A stretch of 63,917 nucleotides of DNA, filler included, from Octopus bimaculoides (taxonomy: Eukaryota): assembly GCF_001194135.2 (NCBI RefSeq). It is 5 parts of 5 records of this genome, joined end to end, with 100 filler letters (N's around TTAATTAATTAA, not from the genome) between each part and the next. Parts side by side here need not be neighbours in the genome. Positions count along the whole stretch, not along the records: positions 29,814 to 43,892 come from NC_068983.1; positions 43,993 to 56,739 come from NC_068986.1; 3 more parts are not named here. One strand, given 5' to 3'. Below the pieces are notes generated by a model. It was given only the letters and a program-made list of their open reading frames with translations, had not been told where the DNA came from and ran no database searches. This document shows, piece after piece, positions 39,813 to 51,084 of the stretch. Position numbers and translations under genes: made by a program. Every line of letters starts with the position of its first letter. Positions within the stretch are counted from its first letter, which is position 1.

Positions 39813-42259
39813 GTGGGGTCAGATGATAGTCAAATTATTAGCAAGGTTAGTGGTTTTCATATCAGCAGTTTGTATGGTTGTGAAATTGCTGCAACAATGA
39901 AAAAAATCCAGTGCCACTATGTTCACATACAGACTTGTGTGTTGGATTTTTCTGATCAAAATCACTATGATTCATTTCAATTAATTACAAATTAATTAAT
40001 TTTCTATAAAAATTAGGACCAAATTAAAACCTATAAATTCCAATTAGTAATTTGTTATAAATTAAACCTTTATGAAGGAGGAAATAATTCAAAAATTTTT
40101 CCATTACATGAACAATTTAAAAATAGATAATTATTCATAACATAGACAGTAGGCCATAAATTTGCAAGGGAGAAATAGTCAATTATACACATGTATATAN
40201 NNNNNNNNNNNNNNNNNNNNNNNNNNNNNNNNNNNNNNNNNNNNNNNNNNNNNNNNNNNNNNNNNNNNNNNNNNNNNNNNNNNNNNNNNNNNNNNNNNNN
40301 NNNNNNNNNNNNNNNNNNNNNNNNNNNNNNNNNNNNNNNNNNNNNNNNNNNNNNNNNNNNNNNNNNNNNNNNNNNNNNNNNNNNNNNNNNNNNNNNNNNN
40401 NNNNNNNNNNNNNNNNNNNNNNNNNNNNNNNNNNNNNNNNNNNNNNNNNNNNNNNNNNNNNNNNNNNNNNNNNNNNNNNNNNNNNNNNNNNNNNNNNNNN
40501 NNNNNNNNNNNNNNNNNNNNNNNNNNNNNNNNNNNNNNNNTATGTATGTATGTATGTATGTATGTATGTATGTATGTATATGCGAACACCAGTTCTTGGC
40601 TGTTGGTTTATTTTTTCAACATCAGAAGACAAAATGCAAAAGTTAAGCTTTGCAGAATTTAAATTTAGAACATAAAGGCCCGGAGCTAAATGCTATCTGA
40701 CATTTTCTTTGATATTCTAAAGATTCTGTCAATCTATTTCCCTCATTTTAAACAGATAAAACACATTAGAAAAGAAATACATGTTTTCTTGCCAAATGAA
40801 TTTTGAGTCAATGTAGCTCAGCGTGATATTTAGAAATGTATTAAAATCAATATTAGCATGTATGACACCGCTGAAACAAAATGCTAATTCAGCAACATTA
40901 TCTGTCACTGGCACACAGTGTCATTTCACCACTATGAATTCTGGGAAGAAGAAACAACACAGCCATGAAAAAATTTCTTCAATGAACTCTTATTTATCTT
41001 AAACATTATTATAAACATCTGTTTGAGCCAAATAAGAAAAAAAAATTGATCCAATTTGGTGCATAAAATGTAGAACAACACTTTTTGATGAAAATTTTAA
41101 TGTTTAAATCATTTATAATGTATTTCTTTCTTGAACTTGATGGTTTTAAACTAAAACACAAAATATCTGCAATATACATACATACATGCATACATACAGA
41201 CATACATATATATGTATGTAAGTATATATACATGTATGTAAGTATATATGCAAGTAAGTATATATATATGTATGTAAGTATGTGTATATATATATATATA
41301 TATATATNNNNNNNNNNNNNNNNNNNNNNNNNNNNNNNNNNNNNNNNNNNNNNNNNNNNNNNNNNNNNNNNNNNNNNNNNNNNNNNNNNNNNNNNNNNNN
41401 NNNNNNNNNNNNNNNNNNNNNNNNNNNNNNNNNNNNNNNNNNNNNNNNNNNNNNNNNNNNNNNNNNNNNNNNNNNNNNNNNNNNNNNNNNNNNNNNNNNN
41501 NNNNNNNNNNNNNNNNNNNNNNNNNNNNNNNNNNNNNNNNNNNNNNNNNNNNNNNNNNNNNNNNNNNNNNNNNNNNNNNNNNNNNNNNNNNNNNNNNNNN
41601 NNNNNNNNNNNNNNNNNNNNNNNNNNNNNNNNNNNNNNNNNNNNNNNNNNNNNNNNNNNNNNNNNNNNNNNNNNNNNNNNNNNNNNNNNNNNNNNNNNNN
41701 NNNNNNNNNNNNNNNNNNNNNNNNNNNNNNNNNNNNNNNNNNNNNNNNNNNNNNNNNNNNNNNNNNNNNNNNNNNNNNNNNNNNNNNNNNNNNNNNNNNN
41801 NNNNNNNNNNNNNNNNNNNNNNNNNNNNNNNNNNNNNNNNNNNNNNNNNNNNNNNNNNNNNNNNNNNNNNNNNNNNNNNNNNNTATATATATATATATAT
41901 ATGTAAATATATACATGCCTTTATTAATATATATTTACTGTACAGTGTGTGTGTGTGTGTGTGTGTGTGCATAGGCATGAGGGAGAGTACTGAGAGAGAG
42001 GAAAGGATGCCAGAAAAAAAAATGATGTGTGCATTTGTTTGACTTTAAACTGCTTCAAATAACAAATTGAAATTGTATACACTGTAACATCACTAAAATT
42101 GTATAAACATTAGTAAGTGATATCTGTTGAAAGATACAGACATCTGCAGTTTGAGTGTACATCATACACATATATAGTTCACTATCCGAGATGTACATGA
42201 CTCAATAGTGCAAAAGGTATATATATGATAGGACATTTACCTGTCTAAATGTGTTTGTG

Positions 42260-42314
<55 letters not shown>

Positions 42315-42335
42315 GTACGTACGTATATACATACG

Positions 42336-42369
<34 letters not shown>

Positions 42370-43077
42370 CATACATACATACATACATACATACATACAA
42401 AACTAAGCTATTAAATGTTTATCAAGGTTTGAAGTAGATATCATGCAGTTATTTGAGTATCTCATACATTGTAGATATATCTATGCATGTATGTATATAT
42501 GCATATATGCATCTATCATATATCATATATATATATATATATATACATACATATATATATATATACATATGTACATATATATATGTATGTATTTAATGTG
42601 AATTTCAATATCTGTTCGGTTACATAGATGTAACTTTTACCTTTTCATAATATAGCTGTACAAATAAACATGTATGTGTTTATGTGTTCGTATGCATGTT
42701 TATGTGTTTATGCATGTATTCATGCATATGTGTGCACACGTGTGTGTGTGTAAGTGTGTATGTGTAATGATAAGTATTATTTTTCTTCACCAGGAGAACA
42801 TTTTTGTGCTCGAAAATAAAAATAAAAATAAAGTAAAATAGGAAATGTGCGTGTTTGTATGTATTAAAGCACAAAAGCACTATAATCATGTTGTCATTAT
42901 TTTTCTTAATTTTTTTTTTTTTTACTATGATGGGGATCAGGGTTGCTTTTGATGAAATTAGTGGCTGATTTGTAAATTATCATGGAGAATGGTTATGTAA
43001 CGGATGAATACATTTATTAGACCCCCCCCCTATTTAGCATGAAACATATATCATATATAATTAAAGACACTGTCTAT

Positions 43078-43490
43078 ACTCTACTCTTTTACTCTTTTAC
43101 TTGTTTCAGTCATTTGACTGTGGCCATGCTGGAGCACCGCCTTTAGTCGAGAAAATCGACCCCAGGACTTATTCTTTGTAAGCCTAGTACTTATTCTATC
43201 GGTCTCTTTTTTCCGAACCGCTAAGTTACGGGGACGTAAACACACCAGCATCGGTTGTCAAGCGATGGTGGGGGGACAAACACAGACACACAAACACACA
43301 TACATATATATATATATATACATATATACGACGGGCTTCTTTTCAGTTTCCGTCTACCAAATCCACTCACAAGGCTTTGGTCGGCCCGAGGCTATAGTAG
43401 AAGACACTTACCCAAGGTGCCACGCAGTGGGACTGAACCCGGAACCATGTGGTTGGTAAGCAAGCTATTTACCACACAGCCACTCCTGCG
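43078..43490 (-). mobile_element. Near full-length, young tRNA-derived SINE
   Basis: Head GGCGCAGGAGTGGCTGTGTGGTAA, B-box GGTTCAGTCCC, (TA/TG) linker and complete tail; CpGs intact. Confidence 0.93.
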
Positions 43491-44117
43491 CCATACATAT
43501 GTACATACATACACAAACACACATGTGTGTGTGTGTGTGCACGTGCATATACACACACATTGTGCAGAGCTGTTTGACATCAATAGATAGATTTTATGCT
43601 ATCTTTACAAACCTCAGACCAACGATCTGAATTCGTTTCTAGGGTGACCCATGATGGTATGCTAATGAGCTGAAGTAACAGCAAAATATCAATATATGCC
43701 TTTCTCATTCATCTACAAGATGATTCATTTTACCTGGTTTTGAGGTAATTAGTGTTTTTCATACTCTGTATCTTAAAGGGACTTTCCCTAGATGAAATTC
43801 CTCAGTTCCTCAGCTAAAAAGTGTTTAAATGAAACACACACATTATCAGAGATGCTCTTAACACAACACATACATACATACATATATATATANNNNNNNN
43901 NNNNNNNNNNNNNNNNNNNNNNNNNNNNNNNNNNNNTTAATTAATTAANNNNNNNNNNNNNNNNNNNNNNNNNNNNNNNNNNNNNNNNNNNNATACAACT
44001 TTGTATATAAAATAAATTTTACAAACAAACTTTTTAAAACATGAAAAAGGCAAAACTTACAGAGCCGACACGTCTACCGTCCGTCCATAGAGATAGATAG
44101 ATAGATAGATAGATAGA

Positions 44118-44686
44118 TGAAGAAATTGAAGTAAATAAGAACAAGTACGGTTGAACAGTTATATTTTTTGCATAATGAGATCTAGTTGTGTTTCCTCGGG
44201 TGATATTCAAGTGTTGTTTTCGACTTCAAGGCCATCCCATCCGTCCATCTTGGTTTGAATTTAGTAGTAGCTGGTAGATTCATATTGTTTGCTGCCAGAC
44301 TGCGTTTGACGGGCTGCTATGGGTGGTAGTGGATGGCTATTTTGGTACCGGCTGATCGCTGACCTGTTTTCATGGTTGGTTGCACATATGAATTTCATTA
44401 GCTAAAATTTTAAACGCATTCTGGCAGCAAACAACATTAACCTATCAGCTACTACTAAACTCAAACCAAGACGAGCGGCTGGGATGGCCTTGAAGTCGCA
44501 GGTTTAAACTAACGGAGACGACACTTGAATATCACCTGAGGAAACACAACTAGATCTCATTATGCAAACAAGCAGTTGCTTAATCAAATACCTGTATTTT
44601 TGGAGAACTGCGTTGTGTGGAAACAATTGTAGGGATTAAAAATAACTGTCCAGTTGTACTCCTTTGTGTTGACTCTAATTTCTTCA
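44118..44686. mobile_element. Foldback/MITE-like element with long inverted arms
   Basis: 44,167-44,307 pairs with 44,412-44,568 (16-nt indel); outer 44,118-44,165 pairs with 44,640-44,686. Confidence 0.88.
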
Positions 44687-45994
44687 ATTTTATATTCATA
44701 CACGACGAATGCTCAAACGTAAACTTGGAAGTATAAAATAATACTACCGGATAGTATTGAATAATCCTGGGGATACACGAGCTTTATACTGTACTCTGTC
44801 ACGTTCCTAACAGAATATACCGTAACTATATATATGAGTTGAGGAATGGAGTAGATAAGGTCCGGGCTACATATGTTTCATAGCAAGCGGGTCCTCGAGA
44901 GTGGTAAATCTCCAAGCGAGGTGTATACCGCAGGCTACTCTTCAGGCCAAGGATATGTTGATTAAACAATAGTTTACGTTGTCGCGAAGATGTACATGTT
45001 AACACATGGAAGATTCAATCTGAATGTGTAGTGAACATAGTTGGAGTGGAGAATATAAATGTAGAGAGAAATTAGGAATAAAAGAAGGAAAAAAGTTTTT
45101 TTAAATAATGGAATGAGAAGAATGAGGAATTTAAGCAAGGTCATTTGATCGGTGGTATTCAATAGGGCTATTTTGGCCGAACCACAGAAATTAGCAAGGA
45201 GAGTGGTATTTGCAAAAGAGATACTGTGGAGGGAAAAGGGTGGGGAAATATTTTTCGTCAAGGGGGAGAAAAGAGTATGCATGAAGAAAGCAAAGGAGAA
45301 TGAGGAAGAATCGTAGCGGCTACTACTAGCTTTCAATTAAAGAATGTATATTGTGTGCAGTGAACGTGCTTACAGTATAAAGTTGTAGAGGTGTATATTG
45401 GTGTATGTATTTGTAGTTTTAAGAAGGGGATAAGAGGGGGCAGGTGAAATAAGAGAAAAACGTTTATAAATAGTAAGCAAAGATAGAGAGAAAAGTATAT
45501 AAATGATAATAAGGAATTAAAGGGAAGATATATTGTTGGTTTAATATATAGTGGTAGTGAAGGTAAATAAGAGGGAAATTTTATGAAGGTTAGCGGAAAA
45601 GAGAAGCGGGGTAGAGGTGTTATTAGTATTTTGAGAATAGATTTAGTGATCGATGTTTACAAGTAAAAATTATACTGCTGCATTCATTAAGACAATCTGG
45701 CTTGGCGATAACTATTTATTTCCAGTACCGCTGCCGTAGTCTCCTTTAGAGAGACTTAGAAATATTAATAACTATTTCTGAAAACCAGTGGATAGATTCC
45801 ACTGAAATTAGATAAATAACCTTCGAACAGATAGTCAGCAGCGCCGCCTGGCTAGGGCTTGGCTGCTCTGCATTGACAAGGGGCAACACCCTGAAACTAG
45901 TCTGCAGATGCCAAACCAGCAGGGGGACACTGCTGACTTCCCCTGTTCGAAGGTTATAAAGGACACAGGTTTCGTGTGTCACATAGCTAGCTAG

Positions 45995-46037
45995 AGGCGA
46001 TGGCTTCTTGGAGCTAATTCACGGCAGCTTTCGTCCT
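45995..46037 (-). ncRNA. 3' half of a hammerhead ribozyme (5' half presumed in the adjacent N gap)
   Basis: Minus strand AGGAC-GAAA-GCT-GCCGTGAATT-AGC-TC-CAAGAAG: stem II 3' arm GGAC, GAAA core, 4-bp stem III (AGCU/AGCU), CUC cleavage triplet. Confidence 0.55.
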
Positions 46038-46704
46038 NNNNNNNNNNNNNNNNNNNNNNNNNNNNNNNNNNNNNNNNNNNNNNNNNNNNNNNNNNNNNNN
46101 NNNNNNNNNNNNNNNNNNNNNNNNNNNNNNNNNNNNNNNNNNNNNNNNNNNNNNNNNNNNNNNNNNNNNNNNNNNNNNNNNNNNNNNNNNNNNNNNNNNN
46201 NNNNNNNNNNNNNNNNNNNNNNNNNNNNNNNNNNNNNNNNNNNNNNNNNNNNNNNNNNNNNNNNNNNNNNNNNNNNNNNNNNNNNNNNNNNNNNNNNNNN
46301 NNNNNNNNNNNNNNNNNNNNNNNNNNNNNNNNNNNNNNNNNNNNNNNNNNNNNNNNNNNNNNNNNNNNNNNNNNNNNNNNNNNNNNNNNNNNNNNNNNNN
46401 NNNNNNNNNNNNNNNNNNNNNNNNNNNNNNNNNNNNNNNNNNNNNNNNNNNATATATATATATATATATATACCTAGTCTCAGTAAATTTCTTAGACAAC
46501 ATTAACTAAAACTTTCTTTGGAAAACACAAGGAAAGAGCACTTTACATAATCAAAAGCTCCAGCCAAGCATTCTTCGTAATTTTTATATCCTGGTGTTGG
46601 ATATATAACTTAACGAATCAAAGGGAAAGAAAGTATTCACACGACGCACTACTATTATTGTTACACAAGGTTAAACGCTCTCTGACAACGGCTCACAGTG
46701 AACT

Positions 46705-48408
46705 GCTTTGTTTCTTTTATTTAGACACGTGGCCTTTATAAAGAGGGGACACCACAAGGAGAGACAAAACAATACATTGGGGCACATAAAAACATATAAT
46801 GAATGAATTATGAATATAAATCAAATGAAAATGAAATGGCTTTCCTGCCCCACAAAGCAGGTAGTTTTATTTTACTGTTTTTTAAATAAAGTGTGTACTT
46901 ATCAGTCTTGTATCTTGTTAGTTTTCCTTTTGTTTAAAATCAACACAATGTTACACCAAATGTTCCATAAAATCGTCAAATATTACCACTGATGGCAATT
47001 CATCGTAACGAAATTGAATTCCTGTTATTACTATCCTGTCGCCAAATGTTTCCTGCAACCTTCTTGCTCTATCTTCCTCCAACGCTTTCTCATTTCGATT
47101 TCCTTTTCTGTCCGCCATTTTAACCCTTATTAGATGTTTCATTTTTGAAATTTTCTTTTCTATCTCTACACTCTTTTTGTAACGAATCATAGTTCTTTCA
47201 TATTTCCCCTTCGGCAGTTCTCTCTGCTGTTCCTCACCACTCTCTTCCTCTGTTGCTGGTATTCCCGTCTCTGTTTGTCCTTTCTTCTCATTTTCATGTC
47301 TCTTCTTCTTCTTCCGTCCTTCCTCCTCCTTACTAGTTGAAGGCAACGGTCTTTGTGTTCGTTCCTCACTTGGCTCCTCTTTCGTTCTTTTCTCATTCTT
47401 GTTCTCCTATGCCTTTCATTTATTTTTACGTGGAAATTCCACGTTACTCTTCCTGACGTTCCTTCTCCGCCTCCTCCTGTTCGTGTTTCTGGGGACACCT
47501 TGCTTTCATGTGTCCCCTTACTCTACATAAATAACATACCGGAGGTCTCCCTTCTACGACGATTCTTAATCTTGTCTCATCTGGTAGCACCAGCTCTTCC
47601 GCAATTTTGTGGAGGTCCGGCAGGCTGATATGGACTGACACCTCCAGTCCGTACCCTCAGCAGTTTACCTCTGTCATTCTCGATATCTTCAACACCTGAG
47701 CATCTTCCTCTGTGTCATAGATGATGGCTGCCACCAGCCACGCCTCATCAATTTCTGGGGACACTCTACCTATTCTCACTCTGGCCGCACGTTTGCCACA
47801 GTAAGTATGTAGCAGTGCCCACTCGGCTGATCTCAAAGGCTCAGTAGAGTGTTTCCTCGCTTCTTCTTCGCTTACGAAGCGTACCTCCATTGTGCCGTAT
47901 TTTTTTCCCCTCGAGTAAAATGTCGTAACATCCTTTATCTCTCGTAGATATTCCTCTACCGCTTCCTCCTCTGCTACTTCAACTTTTTTTGTTGTCACAT
48001 TCAACGTTCTATAAATAATTGTCCTTTTTTTCAGTTTTTTCAAGTATTTCTTTAGGGGGCGTCAACCTCAGGATGTCCCCCTCCTTCTCCAGCAAACCGT
48101 TATATTTTTTATCATTCTTCTCCTTTAATTCGATTTCATGGACCTGCAGAACTTCTACTGACAGGCCTTTGCCGGTTACCGCAGCGTAGCTCCTCGCTGG
48201 TTTACGTCCAACGGCGGTATTATTCCTAACTTCACCCATAAATGGGGAAGAAAAATAAAAGCCAGTTAACAACAACAATTTCAACAATTCCGGTTAATTG
48301 TTAACAATTCCAGTTCAATAATTCAGTAACTTAACAATGCAAAACAACAAAACTCACGTGGAGCGAACACACCTTCAGCTCAAACACAACTCCTCACAAA
48401 CACAACTC
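46705..48408 (-). mobile_element. L1/Tx1-type non-LTR element carrying only ORF1, between 13-bp direct repeats
   Basis: CTCACAGTGAACT at 46,692-46,704 and 48,409-48,421; AATAAA near the minus-strand 3' end; no endonuclease or RT sequence inside. Confidence 0.75.
46951..48239 (-). pseudogene. ORF1p (gag-like nucleic-acid-binding protein) pseudogene
   Basis: MGEVR..RSYAAV.., RRM-like YGTMEVRF..RVRIGRV.., CCHC knuckle CYLCRVRGHMKARC, charged C-terminus; two frameshifts (~48,040, ~47,445) and at least three in-frame stops. Confidence 0.85.
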
Positions 48409-48783
48409 CTCACAGTGAACTACTTACCAATGAACTCAACAGCTGTCTATTTAATAGAAATGTGTCAGTCCACTTTTAGTTACTTGGGGGTGGTCGGAAT
48501 ATCCTTCCACAAAAATAATCAAAGTCTATTCGGAAACATAAACCAACTTTTATAAAGCTTATCCTTGAATGAGGCTTGTAGTAATACGTTGGTTATTATA
48601 ACGATGTTAAGTCACTTGATGACCAAAATGCAATATACACTGCGCATTATCACGCCCTCAAATACATGTAAACGAATAAAACGTTAAGTATTACATTTAC
48701 CCCACTCACCTTTAGTCATAATATCCAAACGACTCTTGTTAGAGATTTTTTACACGTACAAAAAATTTCCCAACAATATCTTC

Positions 48784-48859
<76 letters not shown>

Positions 48860-49120
48860 GCGTGCGTGTGTGTGTGTGTGAGAGAGAGAGAGTGAGAAAG
48901 AGAGAGAAAGATTAAGTCATAAAATACAAACTTTCAGCTGAATTCTTTGGCAGACATCTCTGCATCACATTAATAAAATTGTTTGTCAAAAACTCCTCAA
49001 TTCCATTCACAATTCCATTCACCATAAAGAAGGTTAACGCAGATTCAAAGGATATACTTTAATTATATTACCCTGCTTTAAATACAATTTATATACATAT
49101 ATACATGTACATTCAGTAAC

Positions 49121-49266
49121 GAATTAAAAGCAGCGCTACTTTTGTAAACGTTATCGACCGCAGATAATCTATGCGTTTTGTTTGTTTTGCTGTTTCGTTG
49201 TAGCATAGCGCTTGGAAGATTATATGCGGTCGATAATATTTACAACACTAGCGCTGCTTTTAATTC
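49121..49266. mobile_element. Short inverted-repeat element, 50-bp arms
   Basis: 49,121-49,170 vs reverse complement of 49,217-49,266: 45/50 identical; 46-nt loop. Confidence 0.88.
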
Positions 49267-50070
49267 CTTATTGAATTTGATTTTATGCAATCATCGCCGT
49301 GGCATACCATCAAATAGTTTTTACACTATTTATATATTGTCACATACTGGCGATCTGATTTGTCCTCCATTCGATTCAGGTACGTGATGTTGATCAGCAA
49401 CAGAAAAAATGGCGGAATATCGATATCCACCACCCTGAATTCGATCGGAGGCCAGTTGTCTCACCTGACTATGACTTTCAGGTGTTTTAACACCCAGCGC
49501 TATGTGGGAGTTGATCCTAAAGCGTTCAGCCGCAAAATACATACATTGAGGATGTGCGGTCGGTAATACAATCATACATGCATACATACATACATACATA
49601 CATATATNNNNNNNNNNNNNNNNNNNNNNNNNNNNNNNNNNNNNNNNNNNNNNNNNNNNNNNNNNNNNNNNNNNNNNNNNNNNNNNNNNNNNNNNNNNNN
49701 NNNNNNNNNNNNNNNNNNNNNNNNNNNNNNNNNNNNNNNNNNNNNNNNNNNNNNNNNNNNNNNNNNNNNNNNNNNNNNNNNNNNNNNNNNNNNNNNNNNN
49801 NNNNNNNNNNNNNNNNNNNNNNNNNNNNNNNNNNNNNNNNNNNNNNNNNNNNNNNNNNNNNNNNNNNNNNNNNNNNNNNNNNNNNNNNNNNNNNNNNNNN
49901 NNNNNNNNNNNNNNNNNNNNNNNNNNNNNNNNNNNNNNNNNNNNNNNNNNNNNNNNNNNNNNNNNNNNNNNNNNNNNNNNNNNNNNNNNNNNNNNNNNNN
50001 NNNNNNNNNNNNNNNNNNNNNNNNNNTATACAAGAACGAAAACAAGAACAAGAATGCAAGAATTATAAAC

Positions 50071-50328
50071 ATACAACAGATGAACGCCTTTCGGCTATAC
50101 AACAAAGCGAAAATAATTGTACATTTACAAATAAATATATAACAGAAAGGGTATTTTGTCTATTAGACGAACGTAACGTGATGAAATAATAATAGAAGGG
50201 AAACAGAAAAAGAATTATACTTATACAATAGACAAACGCCTTTCGGCTATACAACAAAATGAAAATAATTGTACAATTATAACATAAATAAATAACAGAA
50301 AGGATCTTTCTACAATCAGACGAACGTA
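50071..50328. repeat. Two ~105-bp direct repeats, period ~152 bp
   Basis: AACGCCTTTCGGCTATACAACAAA..AATAATTGTACA..ATAACAGAAAGG..AGACGAACGTA at 50,071-50,175 and 50,223-50,328. Confidence 0.88.
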
Positions 50329-51084
50329 GTAGGTTGGCGCAAAGGAGAAATGGATAGACTTAGCAGACCGAGAGGGAGCACAGACGAAGGGGAAGAGAGA
50401 GAGACAGAGAGAGAAAAGGAAGGAACGAGGAAGAAAAGCGAGGAAGGAAAGGGAAGGTAAGAGTCGTACATAATATTCAAGGACATGCCTCTACCTATCT
50501 GTCTACAGCGAGAAGTTTTCTACATGACAAAATACAACGAGTGACTTTCCTACGGGTTCGAATATACCTCAAGTATATTTGAACTGGTAACAAGTTTGTG
50601 TATAATAGACAATTTAGAAGATTTCTAGCTTCTCTTTCTTCCTACCTCTTTCAGGTAGATGGCCATTTGTGAAATCTATATACTTACACCAAGTTCTTTA
50701 CCAGTGTCGCACAAGCAGTGTCATCTTATCAGAAAATTTTCATTCTCCCGTCGAGTTGTACTTCAATATCAAATGATCAATGTTCCGTGACTCGAACATT
50801 TCGAACCATTTGTGATGTATAAAAGCAAACCTCAAAATCCAAAATGGTGGTCGCCTGAAAACTGAGAAAAAATACTCCGAAGAATAACTGACGCAGACTC
50901 GGCTTTAAATAGATTTTATTCAACTGTAACCGTTTTATGCTTTTGTTTAATTACAATTCACGTCTACTATACATAATATACCTCTACGTCTGCGCGGGAC
51001 GTGGGGAGTTTGTGTGTGTGTGCCTTTAGAAAAGACACACATAATACAACCGAGTTGATGCATACTTGTGGTTTCTAAATCTCA

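Noticed and set aside
45958-45985. Second hammerhead (minus GAAAC-CTGT-GTC)
   Set aside because: No CUGANGA upstream; better explained as the GACACA/TGTGTC hairpin.
48422-48505. Minus-strand exon ending at TTG|GTAAGT
   Set aside because: All three frames from the nearest good acceptor contain stops; adjoins the retroelement 5' end.
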